This document shows positions 12,543 through 24,097 of a stretch of DNA of 64,000 nt, in pieces; the first letter of the stretch is position 1, and the number at the start of each line of letters is the position of its first letter. The position numbers and the translations under genes are program-made. A model generated the notes under the pieces. The model ran no database searches. It saw only the letters and a program-made list of their open reading frames with translations, and was not told the origin of the DNA. Source of the stretch: Glaucostegus cemiculus. Its lineage: Eukaryota. The stretch covers positions 7,812,001 through 7,876,000 of the forward strand of contig CDPCPM010000007.1 in NCBI GenBank assembly GCA_976551045.1. Reading direction: 5' to 3'.

Positions 12543-12844
12543 CAGACCATCCCTGGGTTATGAAAGCCTAACTTGGGGACACATTTTACATATGAACAAG
12601 CTCCAATAATATTATTAAATTCAAAAGTCTGACGTATGTACACATGTTTGTTCCTATGAATTTGTTTCCTTGCTCTCCACTTCTATTAACTGTTCTTTCT
12701 TATCAGTGTTATGTGCTTTTGATGCCATTCATTACAATACTGTGGCGATATGGTTACCATAGTGAGTGATTCTTGTGTACTTTCCAATTAATGGACAAAA
12801 TCTACTATAAAAACTGAACCTGTTTGTTACCAGGGAATGGCCTG
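12543..12844. mobile_element. Tc1/mariner Tigger-like MITE
   Basis: TA|CAGACCATCCCTGGGTTATGAA ... TTTGTTACCAGGGAATGGCCTG|TA: imperfect TIRs of about 22 bp with TA target duplication. Confidence 0.75.
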
Positions 12845-13643
12845 TAAAAGGAACAAGACCAACAGGAAAAATTGATATCATTACAAACACAATTCTGATC
12901 CCACATTGGTGTTACTAGCTGGCTAATAATATTCTTAAATGACTTGAATTAAGCCTTTTTGGTCGTCAAGTTTTAACAATTGTTTTGAAATCCTACTGGA
13001 AAAAAAAGCTTAATTGGATTATTCTTTAAATCCTTAATGTGCCTGAAACGATTTATAAAATGGCAAGAAGAATGACCCTTGTTGATACTTAAGGCTAACT
13101 ATGTGCCCCAGCTCTGTGACAACAATATTGCAGAAGTGTGGTTTAAGGCTCAACAGACCAGATTTAAATATTTATAGCTTTGCAAAATGATCATGGTGAG
13201 AGCCAATTAATATCATATTGTAGTCATGGCAAAGAAGTATGCAAAAACCAGATCAAGAGGAAATATATTTCCAATGATTTAGAAAAAAGAATGATTCACC
13301 CATTCCAGGACTGCCACAAATACATTGTTAAACAATAGGTACTGGAATCCTTTGACGTCCTGGGCAGCTCCATTCTGGTTTCAAAGCTGTGATTTGAAAT
13401 CAAAATAGTTGCCTGGTATTTCAAGTAACTTAAGTTTACTAAGGTTAAATTCTACATTTTCTGTCACCTAATATGAAAAATGTTTGATGATTATTATAGG
13501 AAAAATCTGCTAAGTGATTCAGTTAATAGGTCAGCTTTGCACAAAAATGTATGGACCTGACTTTCTTACTTTCTTCCTCCCTTAAGCCTGTGATACTGTT
13601 ATTGAACAAAAAAAAATCGTCAAATATGTTTATCAACTAAGAA

Positions 13644-13898
13644 GGGCGGCATGATTGTGTAGCGGTTAGCGCGATGCTGTTACAGTGCCAGCGATTGGGG
13701 TTCGATTCGTGTCGCTGACTGTAAGGAGTTTATACGTTCTCCCGTGTCTGCGTGGGTTTCCTCCGGGTGCTCCCGTTTCTTCCCACATTCTAAAGACGTA
13801 CAGGTAGGTTAATTTGGGTGTTAAAATGGGCGGCGTGGACTCGTTGGGCCAAAAAGGCCTGTTACCACGCTGTAAATAAAATTTAAAAAATTTAAAAA
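13644..13898 (+). mobile_element. Young tRNA-derived V-SINE
   Basis: gggcggcatg..gtagcggttagc (A box), ggggttcgattc (B box), V-domain, CR1-like tail tgggcc..aaggcctg and A-rich end; very similar to 61470-61723. Confidence 0.9.
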
Positions 13899-13989
13899 TG
13901 GACAAAAAATGATTTTTATTGGCAGTTTTAATGATTTCTGTGCCTGAGCCTTGAATGAATGCCTTTATCTCATCACTTTGTTCTTACAG

Positions 13990-14500
13990 AAGGATAAAAC
14001 AAGTGTCGCTGCTCCAACCAGTCACATTATCCAGGCAGAAGCTTTGAAAAGTCTATAAAGTTTCCCTGCTGATGTGTGGTTTCACAGACATTTTTACCAA
14101 CCATTTTATCACTATTTGTCGTGCCTTTTTTGGTTATGACGAGGAATACCAATACACGCAGGGCATAGTAGTTAGCATAGCAGAAAGATACTGCCGACGA
14201 TTTCCTTGGCCAGCATGCTCCAGCCAGTAACGGTTGGATGGCTTCTTGTATGATGCCTTCAGAAGTTTCACTCCTGTCTTTCATCTCTTCCAGCAGAGCT
14301 TGCAGGTTTTTCTATGGAAAATTCACGGACGTTTAATTTTATGCTGTCCTGTCGCAATGTTCCTTGGACGCCATTGTGTCCAGTGACTGGTTCTGGGAAG
14401 AGGCACTTAAGACATTCATGGAGGATGTCCCGATTGAATAAAATGCAGAGGCTGCATGAAAAGAGTCTTTGCAGTCTCTCCTTGCTAAACAACAGATGAG
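13990..14500. other. TE-free, CpG-enriched segment bounded by a splice-site-like motif (candidate exon of an unidentified transcript)
   Basis: cctttatctcatcactttgttcttacAG acceptor on + (AG 13988-13989) overlaps a CT|GTAAGA donor on -; CpGs are visibly denser than in the flanks; no recognised protein. Confidence 0.3.
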
Positions 14501-14994
14501 CAGCTACTGGGCTAAAGGTTCCTGGGCCCTAAACTGTTCACTGTGCTTTCAAAATTCAATTACACCAGAATTTACATCAAAATTTAGGCAGATTAATTTA
14601 TCCAGGAAACTTTCATGTAACCCCAACTGCTGGTGAACGGGACATAGGCATTAAAGTAAATTTAGGACTATTAGCTGTAAATCAAAGGAATTCAGGGCTA
14701 TTCGCTGTAAATCTTGGGTAGTCCAACTTATTTGCAGTAGATTGTTAAATCTCAAAGAACTGGTAGCTATCAAGAAGAATAGACCATTGATTGCCTCTTA
14801 CAGAGCTGAAATCTGAAAACGTTTCAACTAGAAGCTTCAAAATGAGTTTTGTAATTGCATGAAAGGTAACTTACATGAATTCCTGATGTAATCCTGGTTC
14901 AGACAAATTATCACTTAAATAAAGTAAATAATTCCTTCAATTCAATCTGCAAATAACTGACAATGATTCTCAGGAACATGATTGTTATACCCAA

Positions 14995-15100
14995 GAAATG
15001 AAACTGAAATAAAGACAGAAAATGTTGAAAGTACAGTATCTAGCAGCAGCTGTGAGAAAAGACATGGAGTTAACATTTCAGACTGAAGACCCTTCATTGG
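14995..15100 (-). mobile_element. Penelope-like terminal repeat fragment
   Basis: aaagacagaaaatgttgaaa...gcagcagctgtgagaaaagacatggagttaacatttcagactgaagacccttcat. Confidence 0.6.
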
Positions 15101-17589
15101 TTCATTCCAAATGAATCTGATTTTGGTTTGACCTGCTGTCACTGTAGTCTGATTAGAATAGTGCCTCTGGAATCAAACACTGGAAGGTTTATAAAATCTA
15201 CACTAGCTCACCCCTGCCCCCACTATTTCCAAACCATCTATTTTCTTACTTGACTAAATCAAAAAGCTATAGCAAATTGTGCACCAACAGAAAAAATATA
15301 CAACTAGCCTGTAATGTTGCAGATCACACATTCCACAAACTTCCTAAGCAAAATATGGCTATCTGAAAAGGCTTGTTAATGCATGAAAAACTATTTGTTA
15401 CTCTAGATAATTAAATTATAATTTAAATACCATAATTTAATTTGGAACTAATTAAGACAATGCTTGTGCATTTTGGTGTTTAGACTTTATTGGTTACAGT
15501 GACTGACTCAATTAGCAATTCAGTTTATTTAAGAAAGACAAAGAGAACAGCATGGCTTTTTAAAGAACAGCTGTTCCCATTGTGCAGAGAGGATTTAGAG
15601 ACATTTTTTGAAAGGTTTTGATGTTTTCTAAAAGTGAAAATGCGACTGAGCTGACAAAATTGCAGTTGGGTTACAACTGACATTTAAGATTAAAAACAGT
15701 AAAATCGATTTCAAGCCCAAATAAACACATAAGAGTAGAAATTCCGATCAATGGAGAATATAGGCAAAGGGTCAACATGTACTACATTCCTGGAAGTATT
15801 ATTCCACAGAATTAGCCCGTTTAACCAGATTAACACCTACGTAAAAATAATGTGCAGAGTAATGTAATGTGAGAGCATTAAGCATTCATTTGTGAACTCT
15901 ACCAGTTGGAATTTCTATGGTATAAAGTGCTATTTATTATTCAGTGTGAAAGACATTAAAACAAGTCACAATTTTAAACCAAAGTGGGTGACTCCTACTT
16001 AAAAAGAGTGAGTGCTGACAGGTTTGCAATTCAATGTTCTAAGTAGTGTGGCCTTTTCTTACCACCCACTGTGTGCTGGACTGTTCTGCAAGTACCCAGA
16101 GAAATTTCGCAGCATGACAGTGAGAGGCTCTGCATGTTGATACGGCCACGTCCAGAGTTCAAGTGCATAATGGAGCACTTAAGCTCAGGCCCAATTCTTA
16201 TGTTAGCATGAAGTCAAAGTTGAAGGACATTTGACACTTGTTTTTTGACTGATCGACTGACGGAAAAGTGATTTGAGTGAGTATCCTTCAAAAATCAGTA
16301 ATGATTGACATTCTGAAAATACACACAGTTAATTTTTTTATTTTCTTTGCAAATATCACAACATAGTTCATATGTTACAAATGTCAATCTTGCTAAGAAG
16401 TTGCAGTCAAAGGTCTTACAAGCATCTTATGTGCAAAAACATTCTAAGGCCTCAGCAGCTGGCCATCAGAAGCAGCTTAAAGCTACATGGAACAGCAAAA
16501 TATGATGAACCTCAAAACAAAACTATTTATAGAACAGCTTTAAAATATTTTTTCTATGAGTACAATAAAACACATTTGATAGCAGCAATGTTTTGTAAGC
16601 ATCTACTTAGATCCTTGCACAAATCAACAGTTAATCTGCTAATCATGCTTGATTAAAATTGGCAGTGCCTTATATGACAATGCCTGATAATATTAAAATG
16701 GGTTAATTCTCTGCTTTCAACTGTTTAGCATAACACAATGCTAGAAAACATTTAAACAGACATAAAATTGAAAGTGCTACAGAAATTATTTATTTTCATG
16801 TATAATTAAGTTACAGTATGCAGCAATAGAGTTTAGCCTGTGAGTCTAAGGAGATTTTTCTAAACAGTTTACAAATTGTTTAGTAACCAGTTTTATATTA
16901 TGTAGTATATTGAGATGCTGAATCACTTACATAAATATCAAAAGCTGATCTCGAGTCATTGGAGGTTATTTTTCTGCAGCTCTTTTTAAAATTCTTTGAA
17001 AGTAAAATGAAGGATGAGACTGATTGACACCAGAAGCAGATTGAGAAGTGTGACCTCTGGAGCATGGAATGGAAAACAGGATCCATCGGGGCAATGTTGT
17101 CCCTGGAGATTAATAATCCAAGCCAGTGTTATGCTTTAAAATAAATCGAACACCTGGAGGGTGCAAAATTTTCTTGTTGCTAAGGCTACTTTGAAACAAT
17201 GGAAATGCTAACTATAAAATTTTGCTTTGATCTATAATAATTTTGGTTCCATTCAAAAGACTTACTAAATTTTATTTATTTAATTATGCCTTTTCATCTG
17301 CCAATTTGAAAAAGTGCATGGGACAGATTATTTAAAAAGTGCCATGTATTAAAACAGAATATCTCAAGTAGGTATGATGCCAGTGTGCCCATCTTTCTCT
17401 GGAGACATAATCTAGTCACAGTATTTACTGACTTTACAATTAAGCTTCCCTTGGGAGGTGAAATGTAAGATAGGGGTTTGTAGGTCTTGGACAGACTGAT
17501 CAGTAAGGAATGGAATTGAATAAATGTATCCAGGTGCGGAACAATCCTATCATCCCTTTGCATAAGAAACAAATCTTTTTTTCCTTCCA

Positions 17590-18545
17590 ACCACCTCATC
17601 TATCTCCAGCCTCCCTTTCCATATCAAAGTCCTCGAACACATTGAAGCCCAAATATTTGCCATGTTTTCCTGGACCTTCTTGTTTGAATCAGATTTGCCC
17701 CCTGCTACAGTATGGAAATGGTTTTAACAAACCTGTGACAAAGGTAATTTACCCTTCTCATCTTTTATGACTTTTCAATAACTCTCCACATTCATCTTGC
17801 CATTAGCGTAACTCCAAATTTTCCTGTTGTTTGGAATCAGAGGATCATCAACAGTGGCTCTCCTTACACTGCACATGCCATTTCATGTCATTTGCCCCCA
17901 TGATACCTTGTCTTCATGCTGCTCTTAACAACATTTCACAAAAAGATGCCATAAATGTCGATTATTACACTGTCAACATCCAAGTTTTTCTCCCCAGTAC
18001 TTCTCTCGACTCCGCCATTGCTTCTAAATTGCTAGACTCTTCATCCAACCTTTGGCACTGGATGAGCAGAAGTTTCCTCCAACTAAAATTTTGGGTCTAT
18101 GGTCCCCATCATAAACTTCATTCCCTCACCACCAATTCCACCCCCTCCCCTTAGTAATGGTTTAAAACTGAACCATAGTTTTCATATCATGGTTGCTTCT
18201 GAGATGAGCAAACATGATAGGCCACAATATCTATGTTATCATCGTGACTGTCTATTTCCACCTCCAAGCTTTGTTTGACCTCATCACTACCTCAGCTCAT
18301 CCATCCCTTTTGACTATTCTATATTCTGCTCTCCATAAAATTAACATTATTCAAATTCTGTTTCCCATACCCCAATTTGCTTCAAGTCTTGTTTGCCCAT
18401 CACCTCTGCACTCTTGAAATGCTAACATCGAGTGAAGCAACACTTCAGTTTTAAAATTATCTCTCTTGTTTTTGGGTCCCTCTAATGCTGTTATTTCCTG
18501 TATCTCCTCCAATCTCCTCCAGCTCTATAACCTTCCAAATTCCAA
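17590..18545 (+). mobile_element. Decayed L2-type LINE RT/C-terminal region
   Basis: Pyrimidine-rich; tggatgagcagaagtttcctccaactaaa (WMS.NFLQLN-like) and ttttaaaattatctctcttgtt (FKI.LLV-like). Confidence 0.55.
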
Positions 18546-18619
18546 AGCAAACAACCCATCTGACTGAAGTCACATCCACCAAGCAATATTTGATATCAAA
18601 CCACTTGGCAGCTACTAGG

Positions 18620-19620
18620 ATAAGTGACTGTCAATAAGGTAGAGTTTAAAGAGTATCTTAAAAAAATGAGAGATCTAGAGGAGGTGAGAGGTTTAGGGAC
18701 GGAATTCCAATATTTAGGATCTAGCCACTCGATAGTATGCTTGCTAAAAAAAGGTGCGATCAAAAATGGGGTTGCTCAAAAGGTTAACGTGAAAGGAATA
18801 CAGGAGTCACAAGGGGCCATAGAGATGGAACAGAATGCAGAGAAAGAGAAGCACAATGCCACTGGGAGATCAGATAAAAAGAATGAGAACTTCATAAGTG
18901 AGGTGTTGCTGGACTAGAACCAAATATTGGTCAGTGAGAGGAGGAGTGATTGATGGATGAAAGAGGATTTGGTAGATGCTAACAGCAGAGATTTAGGTGT
19001 GCCCACATTTATGGAGGATTGAGGGTAGGGAATAGTTAGCAACCCAGGACAGTGTTGAAATAGTCAAGTCTGGAGCTAACAAAGGCTGAATACGGATTTC
19101 AGTAGCTGAGATGCTGAGACGGGAGTGGATTGAGGTAAAGTTATGGAAGTGAATCCATATGATCTGCATGACTTCTGACAATTACCAAGGAGAGGGCTAG
19201 CAATGATAAATAGAGAACAGAGATCATACTATGGAATAAAGGCAATGATTTCATCTTCCCTATATCTAACTGAAGGAACTGTCTGTATGTTCAGACAAAC
19301 AGTGTGACAAATTAAGGAGAGCAAGAGAAATGATGATGGATGCATGTATGAGTAAATGTGCAACCTGATAAATTATACGATGATGTCACTGAGGAGCAGC
19401 ATATGAATTCAGTAGTAGGAGGAGGCCAAGGATAGACCTCTAGGGGTTCAAAAAACAGCAGTAGTGGGAACTTGAAGAGAAACCATCACAGAAGGTGTTT
19501 TGGCTGCACAGAGACAGTTAAAGTTGATGTCAGGTGAGGACGGTAGAGGCAAGTTGTTGAAGGAGGATAGGGTCAAGCATGTCAAGGATTAAAGATGGGT
19601 CAAGAAGAGACTAAGGGGTG
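18620..19620 (-). mobile_element. Decayed L2-type LINE
   Basis: Reverse complements of an L2-like 3' end (gagtttaaagagtatctt..gaattcca) and of PQGS.LG-like ccaaggatagacctctagggg. Confidence 0.55.
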
Positions 19621-19764
19621 ATTTGTTATGGCTATATTCAAGTATGGAATGGTGGGAACGATGATCTCATGTTGGGAACGATGGCATCACCTACAAGATT
19701 TTTAGAAAGAAGCAGAAGGTCAAAGATGGATAGTAGATTGAAGAAGCAGAAGGCACAAGCATTT

Positions 19765-20030
19765 TTCTTTGTGATAGTGGGTAATGTTTGTTCACAACAA
19801 AATTCCACCAGAGCCAAAGAGGCAAGTCACATTGGGATATTGTAAATACTGGTTGCTACATTTTGTATCAGTTTAACCTGTCAGTCTGGAAGATAAAACT
19901 TTCCACAGTGTTACATTCTTAGTGCCATACTGAGGACTCAATTTACTTTATGATTTGCCCCTGGACTTGAATCTGTGAGCTTTAGGTTATAGCTTGGACT
20001 GTGAATGATTCACATATACCATGAGACCAG
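19765..20030 (-). mobile_element. Decayed DeuSINE-like relic
   Basis: Weak reverse-complement similarity to the SINE-like copy at 31045-31360 (ctggacttgaatctgtg head). Confidence 0.3.
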
Positions 20031-21349
20031 ATACAACAGCTAAAGTACGTCCCAACTACTAAACCTAAAATATATCCGGAAACTACGAAAAGTATCTAAG
20101 CACAATGATGCTAAGTTCTAAAGTACTTCTGAATAAAACAGTTGAAAACATGTAACCATGGTGCAGTTCCATACCAAGAATGATGAAGGTAAATAAATAT
20201 CATGGTGAAATTACATTGTGATAACAGTACAATTTTATCTAATACAAATTTCATATTATCACCGAAGGAGCTTTGGAAGAATCTTCAAAGAAAAGCTCTA
20301 CAGGGTTATTCCCATGTTGGAGAGGTATATTAGCCACAGTGCTACTTAATGATGCCTGAAGTATTTCCATCGAGACAGCTTTCAGTTGCCTGAATGTGAT
20401 GTAATTGTGCAATAAGAAGACATGCTGCGATAATCAGGCTTCATCATGCTAAAAAATGTCTTGTGATGTACTTTTGTCACTGCATAATTGATTGAATCCA
20501 TGTTACATGGTGTCCATAAGCATATCTACCTTCTGAAATATGAGGATAAACTCCTTCTCCTGTATGATTTGTGTCTCTGATGGGACAAGAGTACCTGCTC
20601 ACTGACAGATATGCCCTATCTATATTAACCCTACAGAAAAGACCTCCATATATGACACTGCCTTCACCATCTGACAATACACTCGAGGGCCTATTCCTGA
20701 CAAATGAATCTTTTTAGTCTCCTACCTTCTTCAGCTATATCCGGATTTTCATGCTGAGCAAATTCATCGTCCAATCCCATGGAGTAATTTGATCATTTCT
20801 CTTTGCTCCTTTCTCTATAATCACCAATTCTATTTCAAACCAGATATATATACTCATTCCTGTTTGATATGATGCTGGGTTTTTAAATTGATTCACAAGC
20901 ATACACTGAACCAAAATTTTTAAAAATTACACATTTGTGAAACTTGCTGATATCCAATCACCTGAGTAGGCCATATGATATGTTTCCTGTGACTAGGGTG
21001 GTATACAAAAAAATCTGATTGATTGATTGATGCATTCATTGAAAATAAATGAATTACTTGCTTTGCTATGAATGGAAATATTGCTTTATCACTGAATGAT
21101 TTGGAGAGATATGTGAGCTAGATTGGCAGAAAATCCAATTGCTTTCCAATTCACAGTGTGTGTTCTTTTTCCAATGTGTAGAGACAGTGAAATAAGGCTC
21201 ATAATCTGTGAAGAACAAATTCAGTATTAAAAAATATGGAAATAAAAAATGGTATCAGTAAGTGTAAAAAAACAGTTCATAATGTCCTTAATAAAGTTAC
21301 CTGACTCAATACTGTCTCCCTTCTTTATGACTCCAAAACAGTAACATAA

Positions 21350-23465
21350 AAATAAAAGAACTTAATAAGTAGAAGCAGGATTAACACAATTAACCACTCA
21401 TTAGTGCTCACCATTTCGCAAGATCATGGTTAATTTTATTTTTATTTCAGCACTGTCTTCTACAATAACCCAAATATTCCTTGATTCCCTCAACATCCAA
21501 AAATGTATTGGTCTCTGTCTTGAACATACTTAGTCAGCCTTCTTGAATAGAAGATTCCAAAGATTCACTACCTCTGGGTGAAGGAATTTCTCATGTCTTC
21601 TTGAATACATAACCCCTTATTTTGACTGTGATATCTCAACTCTAGACATCAAATTGAGAAGGGAAGTACTATACTCACTTTTCATTCTTCTAAAATCTAA
21701 AGAGTATAGGTCAAGTCTGCCTAATCTATCCTCTTAAGACATTCTCTCTAAATCAGGAATTAATTTGGTGAATATTATTAGATTCTCTCTGTTGTAAGTA
21801 TATTTTTCATTTGAAAAGGACATCAGATCTGTACACTGAAGAGCCTGTTTCTGTGCTGTATCTCTTTTTGACTCTATGCCAGTATTCCAGCTATAGTCTC
21901 ACCAAAGTCCCATATAATTTTAGTATCATGCCTTTAATCTTTTACTTAAACATTCTTACAATAAAGACCAACATACTGTTTATCTTCCTAATCGTCTGGT
22001 ACATAGAACACCTACAGCACAATTCAGGCCCTTTGGCTCACAAAGCTGTGCTGAACATATCCCTACACTAGAAACTACTGGGCTTACCCATAGCCCTCTA
22101 TCTTATTTTGCTCCATGTACCTATCTCTTGAAAGACCCTATCGTATCTGCCTCCACAACCCTTTCCAGCAGCCCATTCCACGCACTCACCACTCTCTGAG
22201 TAAAAAACTTACCCCTGACATCTCCTCTATATCTACTCCCCAGAACCCTAAACCTATAAATACCTACACATTAGCTTCCAGTGATTCGTGTGCAGGGAAG
22301 CACAGGTCTGCCCAAACATCAGCACCCTTTAACTTCTCATCATTGATAAATGTTTCCACTTTTCTGTTTTTTCTATTAAAGTGGATGGCCTCATATTTTT
22401 TCGCATTATATTCCATCTGTCATGTCCTCGGACCTTCATTCAGCCTACCTATATCCCCCATTGAAGTACACCTGTGTTCTTATAACTTAAACTGCCATCC
22501 AAATTTATACCACCAATAGATTTGGAGATACAGAACCTGGTCCCATTATCAAAATCATTGATTTATTTCAGGTTGTCCTTCACTCTCAGCCTGTAATCCT
22601 CCACTTTTTTTTTCAGAGTTTTTTTGTCTTTTATGAAATCACACACAAAATACTTGTTTAATTTCTCTGTTGTTTCCTTATTCCCTAATATAATTTCACC
22701 TTTCTCAGTCTGGAAGGAACTCACAGTAACATTTACTAATCTTTTGTCTTTGCATATTTGCAGAAGACTTTATAGTTTGTTTTTATGTTCCTCAGTAGGT
22801 AACTCTCAGATTCTATTTGCCCTTTTCAAAATCAAATCTTGATTCACTTTTGTTGAATGTTGAAATGTTCCAAATTCTCAGGTTTGCTGCTTTTTGAGAA
22901 CTTTATCATTTCCTTTTCCTTTTGATAAAATCAATGTTTAACGTCTCTTTAACCACATTGGAGTAGTTTTCCTCTTCTGTTTCTGGGCCTTAACGGGGCA
23001 TAGATTTGTTGCAAGCTACATATTAATTCTGTAATGCCATTTACTGTCATACTTTTTAATGTGGTTTCCCAGTTTACCATAGTCCATAGTCACTGCCTTC
23101 ACAGATCATTTTGTTTAGTTTTATAGACAACTCCCACAAATGACTTTTTGCCCCTTACTGTTTCTTAGCTCCACCCTAAATGGTTTTACATCTTAATTTT
23201 CCTAGCAAAGAACTTTTCTTTCTCTTGCATTTATCTCATTATTTATTATCAGGATAACCCCTTCTCCCTTTCCATTTTCCATTGTTCTTGTCTTCAGTTA
23301 AGAATCCTGAATATTTAATTCTCAATACTTGCAGCCATATCTCTGGAATGTCTATTAGATTGTGCACATTCATTTCTAATCATGCCACTACTTTGCCTAA
23401 CTTTTTATAAGTGCTGTGTGCATTCAGATAAATTCTCTTTAATTTTTTTTTTCCCACCATTTTCT
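21350..23465 (-). mobile_element. Old CR1 LINE (ORF2 remnants from APE start to 3' end) with nested insertions
   Basis: 3' tail near 21350; LKRIYLNAHS (APE start) in ORF 23380-23592; RT remnants in between. Confidence 0.7.
22001..22257 (-). mobile_element. Younger CR1 3' fragment nested in the older CR1
   Basis: acatagaacacctacagcacaattcaggccc...cccattccacgcactcaccactctctgagtaaaaaac; same subfamily as the tail at 34246-34300. Confidence 0.8.
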
Positions 23466-23584
23466 CTACTCTTATCCTAATTGGAGATATACATATGTAT
23501 GTTTTGTCCCTTCCTAACACACTGTGGTTATCATGATCAATTTTATTTGCCTGCAGTATACCTCTGTCTTTTCTTGCTAGCTTT

Positions 23585-24097
23585 AGAATCACAGGGTCAT
23601 AGAAGCTTACAGTGCAGAAACATCAAGTACCCATCTATACAAATCCCATTTACCAGGAGTTGGTTTGAAGCCTTCTGTGGTGGTAATTCAAATGTTTGTT
23701 CAGGTACATTTTTAATGGGTTGTGAGCGTAACTGTCTTCAGAACCTTCTCAGGCTGTGGGTTCCATATTACAATCATCCTCTGGATGAAAAAAAGTCCTC
23801 AGATTCCCTCTAATCCTCTTACTCCTCACTTTAAACCTATGCTGTCCGGTTTTAGATATCTCTGTTATGGGGAAAAATGTTTCTCACTATCCACCCTATC
23901 TATACCCTTCATCATTTTCTATAGCTATATCAGGTCTCCCCTCAGTCTCCTTCTGTCCAAGGAAAACAAACTCAGTCTATCCAGTCTCTCCTCACAACTG
24001 AAACATTTCATTCCAGGGAACATCCTGGTGAAGCTCCTTTGCATCCTCCTCAGTGCAATCATATGCTTCCTATTGTGTGGTGATCAGAACTCCAATT
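23585..24097 (-). mobile_element. CR1 3' fragment
   Basis: Reverse strand gives RLDRLSLFSLDRRRLRGDL-type C-terminus plus tail. Confidence 0.8.

Noticed and set aside
13644-13720. tRNA gene
   Set aside because: The A/B boxes belong to a SINE head that continues into a V-domain and LINE tail; I see no convincing cloverleaf.
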